Origin: Octopus vulgaris
Lineage: Eukaryota
NCBI GenBank assembly: GCA_951406725.2
Contig: OX597814.1
Location: 68,448,001-68,512,000, forward strand
Direction: 5' to 3'
Length of the DNA stretch: 64,000 nucleotides
Positions 1 to 12,729 of the stretch are shown here, one piece after another. The translations under genes and the position numbers were made by a program. The notes beneath the pieces were generated by a model. That model saw nothing but the letters and a program-made list of their open reading frames with translations. It was not told the DNA's origin and did not search any database. Position 1 is the stretch's first letter; each line of letters opens with the position of its first letter.

Positions 1-696
1 ATTCTAATCGAAAAGAGAAAAATTATTAATTATTAATTATTGATCAATAATTCAAACTTAATTAGTAATTAATAATTCAAAAAGCAGGCTCTGTTTATGC
101 GTTATATATATTTTAAAAACAAGGACGAAAAATATGGTGAAAACGTGAAAGTTGATGCAAAAATGGAACGCGAAAAATGAAACGAAATTAAGAAAACTAT
201 ATTCATGATGCATGTATCAAACATAAAACTAAGCTTTGAAATTTTAAGATATTAGCTTTCTTACCAATAACCAAATAATGCTGTCGTTTAAACTACTCAT
301 TTATATAGCATTCTTGCATATTACCTCTTAAACGATAGTATTGTTTCTTCATATTTCATATCATGTGTCATGCTTCCACAACGCCTCAGCTTGAATGTGA
401 ATCGTGAACATTGAATATAAATCACATGTAAATTCTATCAAAATATCGAATTTAATAATAATACTCCTTCGGAAAATCAATATTTTGTCAATGCTTGACA
501 CATGTCGTTATCTGTGACACCTTATGATACTCTATATGTAGATGAGAATAACTAATTGAAATCTTGTATATTTTTGACATTCTGTTCATCATGGTTTCGA
601 AGCTAGTTTTGAACTTTCATAGCTCTCATGTTTATTATTTTTGCTTTCAATTAGAAAATTGATTACTTTTTTATGCGTGTGTATATGAATGTAAGT

Positions 697-701
<5 letters not shown>

Positions 702-761
<60 letters not shown>
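702..761. repeat. (GT)n microsatellite
   Basis: Uninterrupted tg repeats. Confidence 0.95.
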
Positions 762-764
<3 letters not shown>

Positions 765-1251
765 ATAAGAAATTACTTGATTGGGTTTTATACCTTGAAC
801 CTACTAATTGCTATCATACTTCGTTTCTAAATCTGTAGCGAATATGTATTAGATAACAAGCATTATATAAGTGGGTGTGTATGTGTGGGGGAAGGTTATG
901 TGTGCGCGCGCGCCTTCCTTCTCTCTTGAGTCTTTTCATTTTTGTCTTTTATTAGCTACTTTCTACCGTTCCAGAGAGAGACAAAGCCACAGTGAAAGAT
1001 TAAAGAGAAACAGAGAGAGCAAGAAAGGGAATTTGACGTTGCACAAATGTATTTCTGAAGGTTTCTTTTACAGATATTACCACATTTTCTATATTCTTAT
1101 CTATATTCTTGTTAATACTACTCCTTTTCATACTTCTTCCTTTCTCAAATTTTCTTAGTGACAATGAGTATAGTGTGAACTTTGATGGAGATACGGCTTC
1201 TAGTTCTTAAAAGGAGTGCTTTACAACCAACTTCCCCTCTAAGCAAACGAA

Positions 1252-1459
<208 letters not shown>

Positions 1460-1961
1460 AGCTGATTGGGAGTGTTGTCATGTACATTGTTTTGTCTTGT
1501 TCTAAAAAATTGGTTACAGCAAATATTCTGTTCCATACCACAGATTTGCTTGTCATTTGCTTGACCTTAACCAGTTGAGCATGCCCCTTAGTAGCTGACG
1601 ATATGTGCAGCTCTGATCACGAGTAGAAGTAGTGTGGGGGGGCATCATAGCCATGTTCTGAGAGGTATTCTTTGGGATTTAAATTCACCTCTGGAAACAT
1701 GTGTATTTCGTTTGTCATCCTTAAACAACCTTTATTCAGGGACCTTTTGAGCGGGATGGACTACTCAACATAAAGAAAATTCTAACTGGGCCCCCACCTG
1801 CGCGTCATGCGTTGTTTATGCTGATATAAGATCACCATGTCGCGCACATGTGCTTGTGATGTATCTGACTGGTGTACTTTTATCAGATGGGTAGTCATGA
1901 TGGGTATATTGGGCTTCGTATATTTTACCCCAGTGTCACTCTGCTGGTATGCGCACTCGCC
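1460..1961 (+). mobile_element. ~500-560 bp non-coding interspersed repeat with (TAA)n tail, 5'-truncated copy
   Basis: Reverse complement of 38900-39410 (e.g. gggcttcgtatattttaccccagtgtcact vs agtgacactggggtaaaatatacgaagccc); followed by (TAA)n at 1962-2042. Confidence 0.85.
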
Positions 1962-1974
1962 TAATAATAATAAT

Positions 1975-2041
<67 letters not shown>

Positions 2042-2044
2042 TTC

Positions 2045-2390
2045 AAGCTTGCTTCCCAACCACATGGTCCGCGTGGCACCTTGGGCAAGTATTTTCTACT
2101 ATAGCCTTGGGCCGACCAAAACCTTGTGAATGGATTTGGTAGACGGAAACTGAAAGAAGCCCGCCGTACATATATGTATATGTTTGTGTGTCTGTGTTTA
2201 TCCGCCCCCACCATCGCTTCACAACTGATGTTGGTGCGTTTACGTCCACGTATCTTAGCGGTTCGCTAAAAGAGACCGATAGGATATGTACTAGACTTAC
2301 AAAGAACAAGTCCTGGGGTCTATTTGTTCGAATAAAGGCGGTGCTCCGGCATGGCCGCAATCAAATTGACTGAAACAAAAGAATAAAAGA
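2045..2390 (+). mobile_element. tRNA-derived SINE (family A), 5'-truncated
   Basis: Shares gcttcccaaccacat...ttggtagacggaaactgaaagaagccc...catggccgca...gactgaaacaa with copies at 29063, 47700 and 56030. Confidence 0.8.
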
Positions 2391-2391
2391 C

Positions 2392-2392
<1 letters not shown>

Positions 2393-2425
<33 letters not shown>

Positions 2426-2504
2426 TGTATGTATGGATGGATGGATGGATGGATGGATGGATGGATGGATGTATGTATGTATGTATATATATATATATGT
2501 GTGT

Positions 2505-2557
<53 letters not shown>
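2393..2557. repeat. (TATG)n/(TGGA)n/(TA)n microsatellite
   Basis: Direct reading. Confidence 0.95.
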
Positions 2558-2560
<3 letters not shown>

Positions 2561-3793
2561 GGTGGGGAAGCAAAATTTACAATGAATGTTAAGTTGTTTT
2601 TTCTCAGCAAGCACTATGTCAATTGTTTTGAAACCTAGCATATATTGATGTCATAATCATACCTAACACTATCATCGTTACCTTTTCCAAAACTTTTGCC
2701 CATATGAGTAATCAGGAAAGCAAACGTCAAAGAGTGTAATTTGCTGAATGCACTCGTCACACCAAAGGAGATTTCAAAAATAGTTGGAGTGTCCATAAAG
2801 ACTGTTTATAATGTAAAGAATAGAATGACTATGAGCAAAACTATTACGAGGAAGTCTGGAAGTTGAGGAATCAACAAAAAACGTACCAAAGCTCTCAAAT
2901 CCAAAATCCTAAAGGATCCAACCAAATCCATGAGAAAAATGGCAATTGAACTTGAGGTAGACAACAAGACCATTAGAAATGCTGTAAAATATGATTTGAG
3001 GTTAAAATCTTACACAAGAACACCAAAACACTTGTTGACAACAGCTATGAAGGAAAAGAGATGGGAGAGGTGCAAGAAAATTATTACATGGTTCAAGAAA
3101 AAGTCCTCCTTTGTAACGATCTTTTCAGATAAAAAGATCTTCACTGTCGATACTGTTCTGAACAGCAGAAATGACACAGATTTATCGCAAATCAACAGCT
3201 GAGGTTAAGGGAATATTCAAAACAAAAGATCCTGATCAAGTTATGGCTTTTGGTGCTGTGGCTTCCGATAGATAGAAAATGCCTATAAAATTCTACAAAG
3301 CTGATGAAAAGATCACTGTTAATACTTACTACAAGACTCTGACTACCCAGATGGTAATTATGTATGGACACAGGAGGATGCTCCAGCCCACACAGTTAGA
3401 AAAATACAAGATTTCTGCAAATCTAACTTTAGCAATTTTTTTTATTCATGTTTATGACTGCTTTCTAGCCCAGATCTAAACTCTCTGGATTATGCTATTT
3501 GGGGCGTTTTAGAACATGCTACCAATAGAACATCACACAGCAATGTCGACTCTCTTAAATATACTATTAAAGAAGAATGGGAGAAGTTGTCTCCCGAATA
3601 TTTGAGGAACACCTGTGCAAGTTTAAGGAAGTGTGTGAAGGCAGTTATTGAGAAAGAAGGAGGACACATAGAATAAAAATATTTTCTATTATGTAAATTG
3701 TCTTGTGGCAAATAAATTCTCATGACTTTCAATAAACAAATTGGTCATACACTGTCTTTCAATCCCTGACTCAAAATATTGTAAATTTTGCTT
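2558..3793 (+). mobile_element. Tc1/mariner superfamily DNA transposon relic, DD37D (maT)-like
   Basis: TA|cagggtggggaagcaaaatttacaat left end; partial right TIR attgtaaattttgctt (3778-3793); broken transposase inside. Confidence 0.85.
2704..3676 (+). pseudogene. disrupted transposase
   Basis: HTH-like SMRKMAIELEVDNKTIRNAVK, IFSD(K)KIFTVD, QEDAPAH, SSPDLNSLDYAIWG, C-terminal GGHIE*; several stops and frameshifts. Confidence 0.85.
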
Positions 3794-4039
3794 GTATATT
3801 TGCAGGTGTCTACAATGACGGGTTTCCATTGGTTCCAGTGTTCCTCAATGGATAATGAATTTCACTTCCTGCTGGGATAGTCTTTCATGTAGTGTTATAC
3901 AGAGTTTCACTACTTTCTCGAAGTCTTGGTGTTGTTTTGGTTTTGATGTTTCCTTTTGGGTCGTATCATCATTCTCATGATAGATGAAATAAATCGATGG
4001 CCTCCCAAACACATACTAGCATCTGTGGCTGCAGTTGTC

Positions 4040-4333
4040 TTTCGTCCATTCTAGCGGAGTGGTCAAATTGAACTAAGTTCTTGCAGAAACTGCCACTCTT
4101 TTTATTGTGTTATTGAGTGTGTAGTGGTGGGGAGATATATAAGATAGTACAAGGGGGTGATGAATGAGGAGAAAGGGAAAGAGAGCATGTGTGTGTGTAT
4201 GTGTGTGTGTCTGTGCGTCGCACACACACTTATATCTCTCCCCACCACTACACACTCAATAACACTATAAAAAGAGTGGAATTTTCTGCAAGAACTTAGT
4301 TTAATTTGAAAACTCCACCAGAATGGACGAAAG
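4040..4333. repeat. inverted repeat, ~100 bp arms (4040-4143 / 4229-4333)
   Basis: ttattgagtgtgtagtggtggggaga vs tctccccaccactacacactcaataa; actaagttcttgcagaaa vs tttctgcaagaacttagt. Confidence 0.85.
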
Positions 4334-5285
4334 CGCCAATATATGATATATGATATAAGTTATATGATGTATAAAAACATGTAATATACAAATAGATATC
4401 TGTAAATATTAAACCATCCGAATTTCTGAGTACCTCATTTCTTCTAATATATATAAATATATTTACGTAAATATTATTCAAACCACGCTTGCTGAAGCAC
4501 CCCGAACGAAGGTGCACAAAAGATTATGCTGGGTTGCATGTGGAACTGCATGCACTCTGTGCAGCAGAAATACGTATCGGTCATTGTAAATGGTTATGCT
4601 GCACGACCAATTAATTGTAGAATTAAAAGGAAAAAAATTGGTGATGTACCAGCCGCCATGTTCTTTATAATTCATTATTTAAATAGCAGTAGTGTGTTTC
4701 CCTTCATGGGACGGTCACATTAAGTTGACAGTATGCAACTTCTCTATCGTACCACTACTGCTTATATCTCTCTGAAATATTTAGAAATGCTATATTTCTA
4801 TTTTTGTAATCAGTGGATTTATTTCACTAGAATTCTTATATGTTTACAAGGCCTAGACAAGTATCTCCAGCTAGTAGGCCATGCTACTCCAGACTGATGA
4901 CGAGCAAGAGTCAAAAGCTAGTTTCCGGTTGCAGACTTAGCTGGGTGGGGTGCTTGTCTCCCCCTTGTAAACATAAGGATACAGGAAATGTGCCAAGGCC
5001 GACAGGAAGCGTTGATGCTTCATGGGACTGTCGCATTAAGTTGGCAACTACTCTCTCTCTCTCTCTCTCTCTTTATATATATATATATATATATATTTGC
5101 CAAGCTAACATGGCAGTCCAGAAAAATAAGACGAATGTTACCGTTGCTTAACTGCAAGAGGCCATCGCGTTTAGCTAGCTATGTGACACACAAACCTGTG
5201 ACCATTACAACTTTCGAAGGTGTACGCAGTACTGCCCATTACTCAGTACTGCTGCCGTAGTCACCAGAGGAATTTAGAAATATTA

Positions 5286-5362
<77 letters not shown>

Positions 5363-5364
<2 letters not shown>

Positions 5365-6470
5365 TAAAACTATACTTGATATTGATGTCACCATAGAAAC
5401 CATCAAGCAAAAGGTATCTGCTAAAGCTGCCCGCATAGCGAGGTATAAAAAGCCTGTTAGATTTTTCTAAGACAACAACATGTTCAAAAATAACCCCAAA
5501 AATTTTTACAGGAAGATAGAGAACACACCAGTTACTGTAAATTATGTACCATCAAAAGAAGAAGTACAGGGATTTTGGAATAAAATTTAAGCAGACGAAA
5601 AAACACACAACGAAAAGGACCCTTCGATTGATAGAATGAATATCTACAGACTTGGACTCCTTAGAGGAGCAAAAGTGGGAGGGTGTCAAGGTAGAAGATG
5701 TAAGATCTGCTCTCAGATAGTCAAGCAAATAGAAGTCTCCGGGAAAGGATAAAATTCCTAACTTCTGGTTGAATGCCTTCCCAGAGAGCCATGAACTGCT
5801 AACACAACTTTACAATGATGTTTTGCAACACCCTAGTAGGATGCCTCCTTGGCTAGTTAATGGTTTAACATTCCTGCTTCCAAAAAGTGAAGAAACAAAT
5901 GAACCAAAATACTATAGCCCCATAACCTGCTAAACAACTATGTATAAAACGCAAACATCTGTCCTGACGGAATATACCTATAGTTTTTTAATAGACAGCA
6001 GCATATTCCCTAATGAACAGAAAGGATGTAAACGTGGATCCTATGGTTGTAAAGATTAGCTACTCATCAATAAGATGATCTTAGAAGATTGTCTCAAACT
6101 ACACAAAAACTTGTCAATAGCCTTGATAGACTATAAAAAGGCTTTCGATAGTCACCACATAGCTGGATTAAGAAATGCCTTGGAATTGTATAAAATAGCG
6201 CCTACTCTGCGAAACATTTTGTATGTAAGTATGAGATCATGGAGAACCACACTAACTTTCAACAGTGACGATGAACCTCTAAATGCTGGTGATGGAAAAA
6301 TTTCATGTGGCATTTTCCAAGGTGACATACTATCACCAGTCCTCTTTTGTTTAGCCGTAATACCTCTCTCAAAATTGCTCATTGACGCACAGTACGGATA
6401 TAAAATGTTGGATGAAAATATAAATCATATCATTTACATGGATGGATTAAAGCTCTTTGCAAAAATTTTT
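5363..6470 (+). mobile_element. R4/Dong-like non-LTR retrotransposon fragment (RT), decayed, starting at a (TAA)n tract (5288-5362)
   Basis: KSPGKDKIPNFWL, EQKGCKRGSYGCKD, IDYKKAFDS, GIFQGDILSPVLF, INHIIYMDGLKLF; stops present. Confidence 0.9.
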
Positions 6471-7509
6471 GCAGGGCGAAAAATTGTTGGTTCTGCTGGT
6501 AGCGGTGGTGTTGCTGTATCTGTTGGTGATGGTGACGGTGTCGGTGATTCTTCTTCAATCATAAATATCAGGCAGTGACAACGGAAAGGTCTACTTCAAG
6601 GCAGACAGCAAAACACTAACATTTAAAAGGGACAGACGAATTTGCGAGCTGAATAAAAATAATAAAATATTGGAAACCAAAGTTTGAAGGGATAGAATCT
6701 GAGGATAGTAGAGTCACCATGGCTGGCATTTCTTAACGACGGACAGCAACGTATTGACTGTTTAACGGCTGGCGTATTTTGAACTTGATGTAAAAGAAAA
6801 TTCCTAAACACCAAGTTTTGAAGTGCTTCTTTCTCACAAGAGTAGACTCACCATGGCAAGCTTTCAAAACTTCTTCATCATGGACGGCAACACATTGACG
6901 ATTAAAAGGCTGGCGCTAATTTTTTAGCTTGATGTAACAGAGAATTCCTAAACACTCGCTCCTGTAAATTTTAATCACCTTCCAGCCCTATTTAGACCCC
7001 TTTTCAGATTTTGGTTAATATAACCCGATTTCACTCAGGTCTACTCGGGCCACATTTTATAAGATGAGGAATTTTGTCCTACAAATGTATACACATTATA
7101 TATATATATAAATTAAATTAGAGATAAAACAACTATTAGGCAAATTAAACAGTGAAAAACATAACGCAAAATATAAAAATAAAAATATAATGTACAAAAT
7201 ATATAAAATATAAGATTTTAAAATTTAAATTATTTAAATTTAAAATTAAAATTATTAATTTATATTTATAATTTTTTAAAAATATATATAACTATCAAAA
7301 AGTATTAAAAGTATTGTTGTTTATAAATTATTAAAAGTATTGTTGTTTATAAATTGGAGATAGATAGATAGAGAAAGATAGAGAGTAAGAGAAAGCGAGG
7401 GAGATTCCGAGAGAAAGCAAGAGTAAGAGAGTGGGAAAGTGAGAGAGAAAGGAGAGAGAAACAAAGAGGGAGAATGTCGTGATAAAAAACAGAAAGTAAC
7501 AACCACACT

Positions 7510-7545
7510 CTTACCCGCGCGTCGAGCGGCTCACCTTAAGCTAGT
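7510..7545 (+). mobile_element. possible Helitron 3' end
   Basis: GC-rich imperfect hairpin ccgcgcgtcgagcgg about 10 nt before CTAG|T. Confidence 0.4.
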
Positions 7546-7626
7546 TTATACTATATATTCTATATTCTACATTAATATTATAAAGAATATAAATAAAACA
7601 TAAAAAGCATAGTTGGAATTTCTTTG

Positions 7627-7668
<42 letters not shown>

Positions 7669-7673
<5 letters not shown>

Positions 7674-8010
7674 TAAGGAAATAATTTTGTACTCAAGTGG
7701 AGGATAATCTAATAATATAGCATGAACAGGTTAAACTATCCATATTTTGCAGAACAGTCTATCGGCGGCCAGCCATGAAATTCGAAATTACATCCCTGTG
7801 ATTAGACATCAAGTGCTTTACCAACAGGCTAGCGACAAATTCTTCTGCAATTTTAAGATACATAAATCTAGCTTTATAAGACGCCATCGGACGTTAAATT
7901 CAACTTAACGTTGAAAGTCAATTAAATTTGCTTTAGAAGCGTTGAGATGTATTGAAAGATACAGATAAGGAAATAATTTTATTTTCAAATGCAGGATACT
8001 GCTAATATTT
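7669..8010 (-). mobile_element. decayed tRNA-like head between ~45-bp direct repeats, adjoining a PLE relic
   Basis: acagataaggaaataatttt at 7669 and 7961; minus strand tagcctgttggtaaagcac...ttcgaattt resembles A/B boxes. Confidence 0.4.
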
Positions 8011-8224
8011 TTAGCTATGAGATTATGGGTGTGTAGGTAGTCATGAATGGAGAAACCAGTTGAATGTTAAATTATTTAGGAATAAGAGTTAGAACTAAAT
8101 ATTAGGGGATTTTATAGGTTAATGTTTAAAAATGAATTAAGGGTAAGGTTAATAGAGGAGATATACATGGGTACCTGTATGTGAGTGTTATGCGTGGGGA
8201 GTAAATTTACATTTGGATTTATGG

Positions 8225-8690
8225 AAGAATTTAAAAGTGCGGAAGAATTTGTGTTTACATGTTGTGAAGGCTTCGTTTTGTTTGTTAAGCCATTGCGGTG
8301 AGTTATGGTTTCAAATTTTGAGGGCTTCTTTTAGACAGAGTCCATAAGTGGAGCACTGGCCCTGATATGGGATGCTAGAATCTATTATAGCCTAGGATAA
8401 CCTATATTGTATTTTTCTATTAATTAGATGGTGTACGTGGCTGGCTAGTGATGTGGAATTGCTATGCTCTATATATCTAAACGAGTTCAAATGTGCATAA
8501 TATGTACTTAAAATTTGTATAATCCAATATAGTAACTATTGGAGTTATTTACTATGTTGCGAACGGTGTATTGGTATGCGACGTTGAATCTTCTGCAATG
8601 GGCTTGCAGCGGGCAGTCGGTCCCAGATCTGCAGTTGCAGCTATCAGTTCTACAATGGTTAGTTGAAGAGAGGGATAAGGTAGTGCTACG
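8225..8690 (-). mobile_element. Penelope-like element GIY-YIG endonuclease remnant
   Basis: Minus strand reads VAYQYTV..SYYIG..NSTSLASHVH..LCLKEAL..LNKQNEAFTTCKH with stops and frameshifts. Confidence 0.7.
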
Positions 8691-8792
8691 AGTAAGGCAA
8701 GCTAAAAGCTAAGGTTGTATTAGATTAATCGTTCATGATATTGCTGTTATCTTTGCCGTTATTTCAATAAACAATATCAACGCTATCGTTGC

Positions 8793-8862
<70 letters not shown>

Positions 8863-8953
8863 ATTGTCATTATTGTTATCGCCATCTTTACAGCAATTAC
8901 CCACCGTACCTAGTCTTTTAGATCAGCCGTGAACTAAACCCCCATATTTTGTG

Positions 8954-9000
<47 letters not shown>

Positions 9001-9390
9001 GTATATATATATATATATGTGTGTGTATATAAAAAGAAAAACATGTTTGGTACTCACAGACCTAGGTTTCTGGGGAGTTACCCGTCCATGTATGTATATA
9101 TGTTTGTATAGACGCACACACACATATATATATGTGTGTGGGTGTGTGTTTGTTCCTCTCATCATCGTCTAACTGTGAATGGATACAACGCCCTGGTGCA
9201 ACTGTTCGTATCAAACAACGTCTGCTCATACCGTTATATATAACTGCACATACGCGTTGTAACCCGTATGTAAGGACTACAGGTAAAAGGGAGAGAGAGA
9301 GAGAGGTGGTTATAGAATAGTCCTTCTGAATGGGATCTGGATGTTATTCCATTCGGACTTTCGGTTGAGAGTAGGTTTGTATTCTTGTAT

Positions 9391-9475
<85 letters not shown>

Positions 9476-9746
9476 TTATATATATGTATCGTATTAACTA
9501 TATATATATATATATATAATAGAAATATTAAAATTACTAAGTCTCTTTAAAAGAGATTACGACAGCGTTTCTGGAAATTAATAGTTATCGCCATACTAAT
9601 ATGGCATTCTTAAAAATAAGAATAAAGCTTTCGCTGATTAGCTCCATGAAGCCATCGCCTCAAGCTAGCTACTTGACACACAAACTGCGTCCGTTATTAA
9701 ACCTTCGAACAGGGGATGTCAGCCGCTTCAACCTGCTAGTCCGACA

Positions 9747-9789
9747 GCTACAGACATGTTTCAGGGTTGTTGCCCCTTCTCAATGCAGC
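9747..9789 (-). ncRNA. minimal type I hammerhead ribozyme motif, U3-A8 core variant
   Basis: GCUGCA UUGAGAA GGGG CAACAA CCCU GAAA CAUG UC UGUAGC: 6-bp stem I, 4-bp stem II, palindromic ACAUGU stem III, GUC triplet. Confidence 0.75.
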
Positions 9790-10479
9790 GTAGTCAGACC
9801 TGCAGGTGACGCTACTGGCCGTCTCTGTTCGAAGATTTTACCTAGTTACGGTGCAATACATCCACTTTATTCCAAAATCCCTGTACTTCTTCTTTTGATG
9901 GTACATAATATATATGTTTCTTCTAATCATAATAAAAATTCGCGGTTTGTGATAAGATTGACAGACATCTGTTCTACGATGTGTTGATGATCTGTTAATG
10001 GCTAGTTTTAATTCATGTATGCCTTGTTCTTGAAATCCACCTGCAAGTGGCTGAACACCCCACAAACACGCGTACCCTTAACGTAATTCTCAGGGAGATT
10101 CGATGTGACACTGAATGTGACAGGGCTGGCCCTTTCAAATACAGGTACTACTCATTTTTGTCAGATGAGTGAAATAAAATATCTTGCTCAAGGACCCACC
10201 TTGATATCGAACTTCCAGCCTTACGATCGTGAGTCAAAGGCTCTAACATCCACGACATGCCTCATAACGTATTATACGATCTGCGCGCGTGTGTGTGTGT
10301 GTACAGCAATCTTCCGTGCAGTTTCTATCTGTCAAATCCACTCATAACGCACTGTTTGTTTGTAATTGTGTATATGAATGTGTGTGCGTGTGAATATATA
10401 TTTGTGATTTAGCAGAAAGTTAGATAAATATATCTTTCCTTTAATTTTCAATAATATCCGGTTAATACAGTTCTATATT

Positions 10480-10823
10480 TAACAGGTGAGTAATTATGTA
10501 CATTATTTACATTTGAAGCATATTTGTCCTCATGTTGTTTGTTGTTAGCACAACATTTCGTCTGATATACCCTCCTGCCATCATCAGGTGTCTTGGGGAA
10601 ATTTCGAACCTGGATTCTCTTTCCTAAGGTATTTTTCGATGTTGTTGTTGTTTATTATTATTGTTTTCAGGTCACTACTTGAAATCGAACTCAGAATCTT
10701 GGGGTCAGTAGCCCGCGCTCTTAATCACTACGCCATTTGCCCGGCTGGATGGTATATCAGCCGAAACATTATGTTAACAGCAAACAAGATGAGGACAAAT
10801 ATCTGTCAAATGTAAATAATGTA
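10480..10823 (-). mobile_element. tRNA-head + microsatellite + hammerhead composite repeat, with inverted partial copy at 10743-10823
   Basis: Reverse complement of 37794-38140; minus strand GACAC CUGAUGA..GAAAUGUU GUGC at 10548-10592. Confidence 0.8.
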
Positions 10824-12047
10824 TATCCAATAAAGTTTCAAATTTCCATGCGTGGACAATGCAAAGCATTGAAAATGCAATTTCATATGATTATATGAAT
10901 CCAATTATATTTTAGTAATTTGTCCCCGTGTAGATATTCAGTACCGTACCTTTTGAATAGGTTGTAGAAGAGATCTTGTCGTGAACAGTAGAGAACTAAT
11001 ATAATAATCTGTATAACTTTCATATACTGAATTTAACAACGTTTATTTCCTTCATTATACTGATTTAAGTTTGAATTAATAAATATAATGCCCAGTTAAT
11101 ATTTGTTTATCTCGTCGGACAGCTAGATTGTAGTCTATCTGACATGTATCAGAGGTTTAAATTTTGATTCCCACACAGAATAATATCATGGGATATATAG
11201 CATTTTAATCATGTACGCTAAATCAATTTCCAAATGTGATCGATCTAATACTCATATTCTTGACTGTTTTTTTTTTTATTATTAAAATATTTCCGTTCAT
11301 TTACTTCAGATAGTGAGCATTGATTATTCTAAAACACTAAAGCATCTTTAGAAGCCATCATATTATTGATTTTCCTTTTCTACTCATAGTTATCTCCTGT
11401 TACATTTGAATGAACGCTAGTAATCGACTATTTCTATAAAATTAACTTCTTTTCGGCACTTCATCTCTATCTATTCCTCCTTTACTTCTTTAACATCTAG
11501 TGCTAATTGATTTTCTACTTCAGTATTCTTACTTCTTAACTTTGCTTCAGATGACAAAACAGTGTAATAGTAAATAAACTAAACTGGAGATTATGTGACC
11601 ATAAATCCAAAGAATAACACTTGAAAACTGGCCATCAACTAGAGTTTCACAATAACAGCCATAGACACAACAATATTTGTATTTGGAAATAAACTCAAAA
11701 GAAATTAGTGCGATACCTAGCGCTGTAAGGGCCTCTTAGACTTCAGCATGATGACATTTGTATATGGTAACTATGAACATTCAACGGGTACATCTGTTCA
11801 AAACAAGGTCATAAATTTTCTTTAGCTATTACTATTCAGAAACTTGAATAAATTAAAGAAAGTTAACAGAAATTGATATGTGAAACATTAAAGTATACTA
11901 TATTTATATGTTACGGAGATGTACTTGCATAGCAAGTGACCTGATCTGAGATCGTGTGCTGGAACGAAAACAATTTCAGCGTGGAAGGTGTTTATAAGCT
12001 TTCAAACACACAAAAACCATTAGATTCACTTCAACATTTAAATTTAG

Positions 12048-12098
12048 TTTGCCAAAATATTTTCGTTGCTTTGAGACCGCGACCTGTTCACTGACAAA
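12048..12098 (-). ncRNA. minimal type I hammerhead-like motif with G3-C8 core
   Basis: UUUGUCA GUGAACA G GUCGC GGUCUCAAA GCAAC GAAA AUAU UU UGGCAAA: 7-bp stem I, stem II 4 of 5 pairs, palindromic AAUAUU. Confidence 0.6.
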
Positions 12099-12099
12099 A

Positions 12100-12380
12100 C
12101 GGATTTCCATCGACGATTCTTTGCAGAAACATAAAGAAAATGACCATTTTTTTTAACGAAAACGGTGACAAAGGACAAAAAATATGGAGAAGAGCTGCTA
12201 ATCGCCACAAATAACCTCCAAAGCAGGGCTTCACCCAAATAAGATTATACTTTCAATTGGAAGAGCTTTCACGAGCTTGTTCCCAAGGATAGGACCATCA
12301 TTTCAGATTGTACAGTAACCAGCTAAATAAATTAAATGTAGCGAACTACCAGAAGCATCCAGCACTTGCTAATTATAAGG
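12100..12380 (+). mobile_element. duplicated internal mariner fragment
   Basis: Matches ~13112-13356 (ttgcagaaacataaagaaaatgaccatttt ... cagcacttgctaattataaggg). Confidence 0.8.
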
Positions 12381-12382
12381 GT

Positions 12383-12433
<51 letters not shown>

Positions 12434-12729
12434 ACTCTAGCTTACATGGATTCTATAGAATATACAGCATAAATGCAAACATGACTGTCGGCTGTCTATG
12501 GGTTTGAAGAAACAGGAAAATGCAATAATCATGACTGTTACGTTAAACGATGATTACAGGATTTTATGTTAATATTGGAATGGCCAAAAGTTTGGTTTTG
12601 CCGACACTAAATTTCAAAGCATCTAAGTCTGTCCTTTGTGCATGCGCACTCGTTAGATACTTGACAAGCCAACGTAGTTCGACGCGAACTTGCGACGAGA
12701 CAGGTTGTAATTTGTGTGCTTCGGATCAC

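Noticed and set aside
3800-4040. LTR RNase H motif (ATDAS) on the minus strand
   Set aside because: One short motif with no supporting downstream residues.
6855-6885. Hammerhead-like AUGAUGA AGAAG UUUU GAAAGCUU (minus)
   Set aside because: Position 3 is not complementary to position 8, and stems I and II are marginal.
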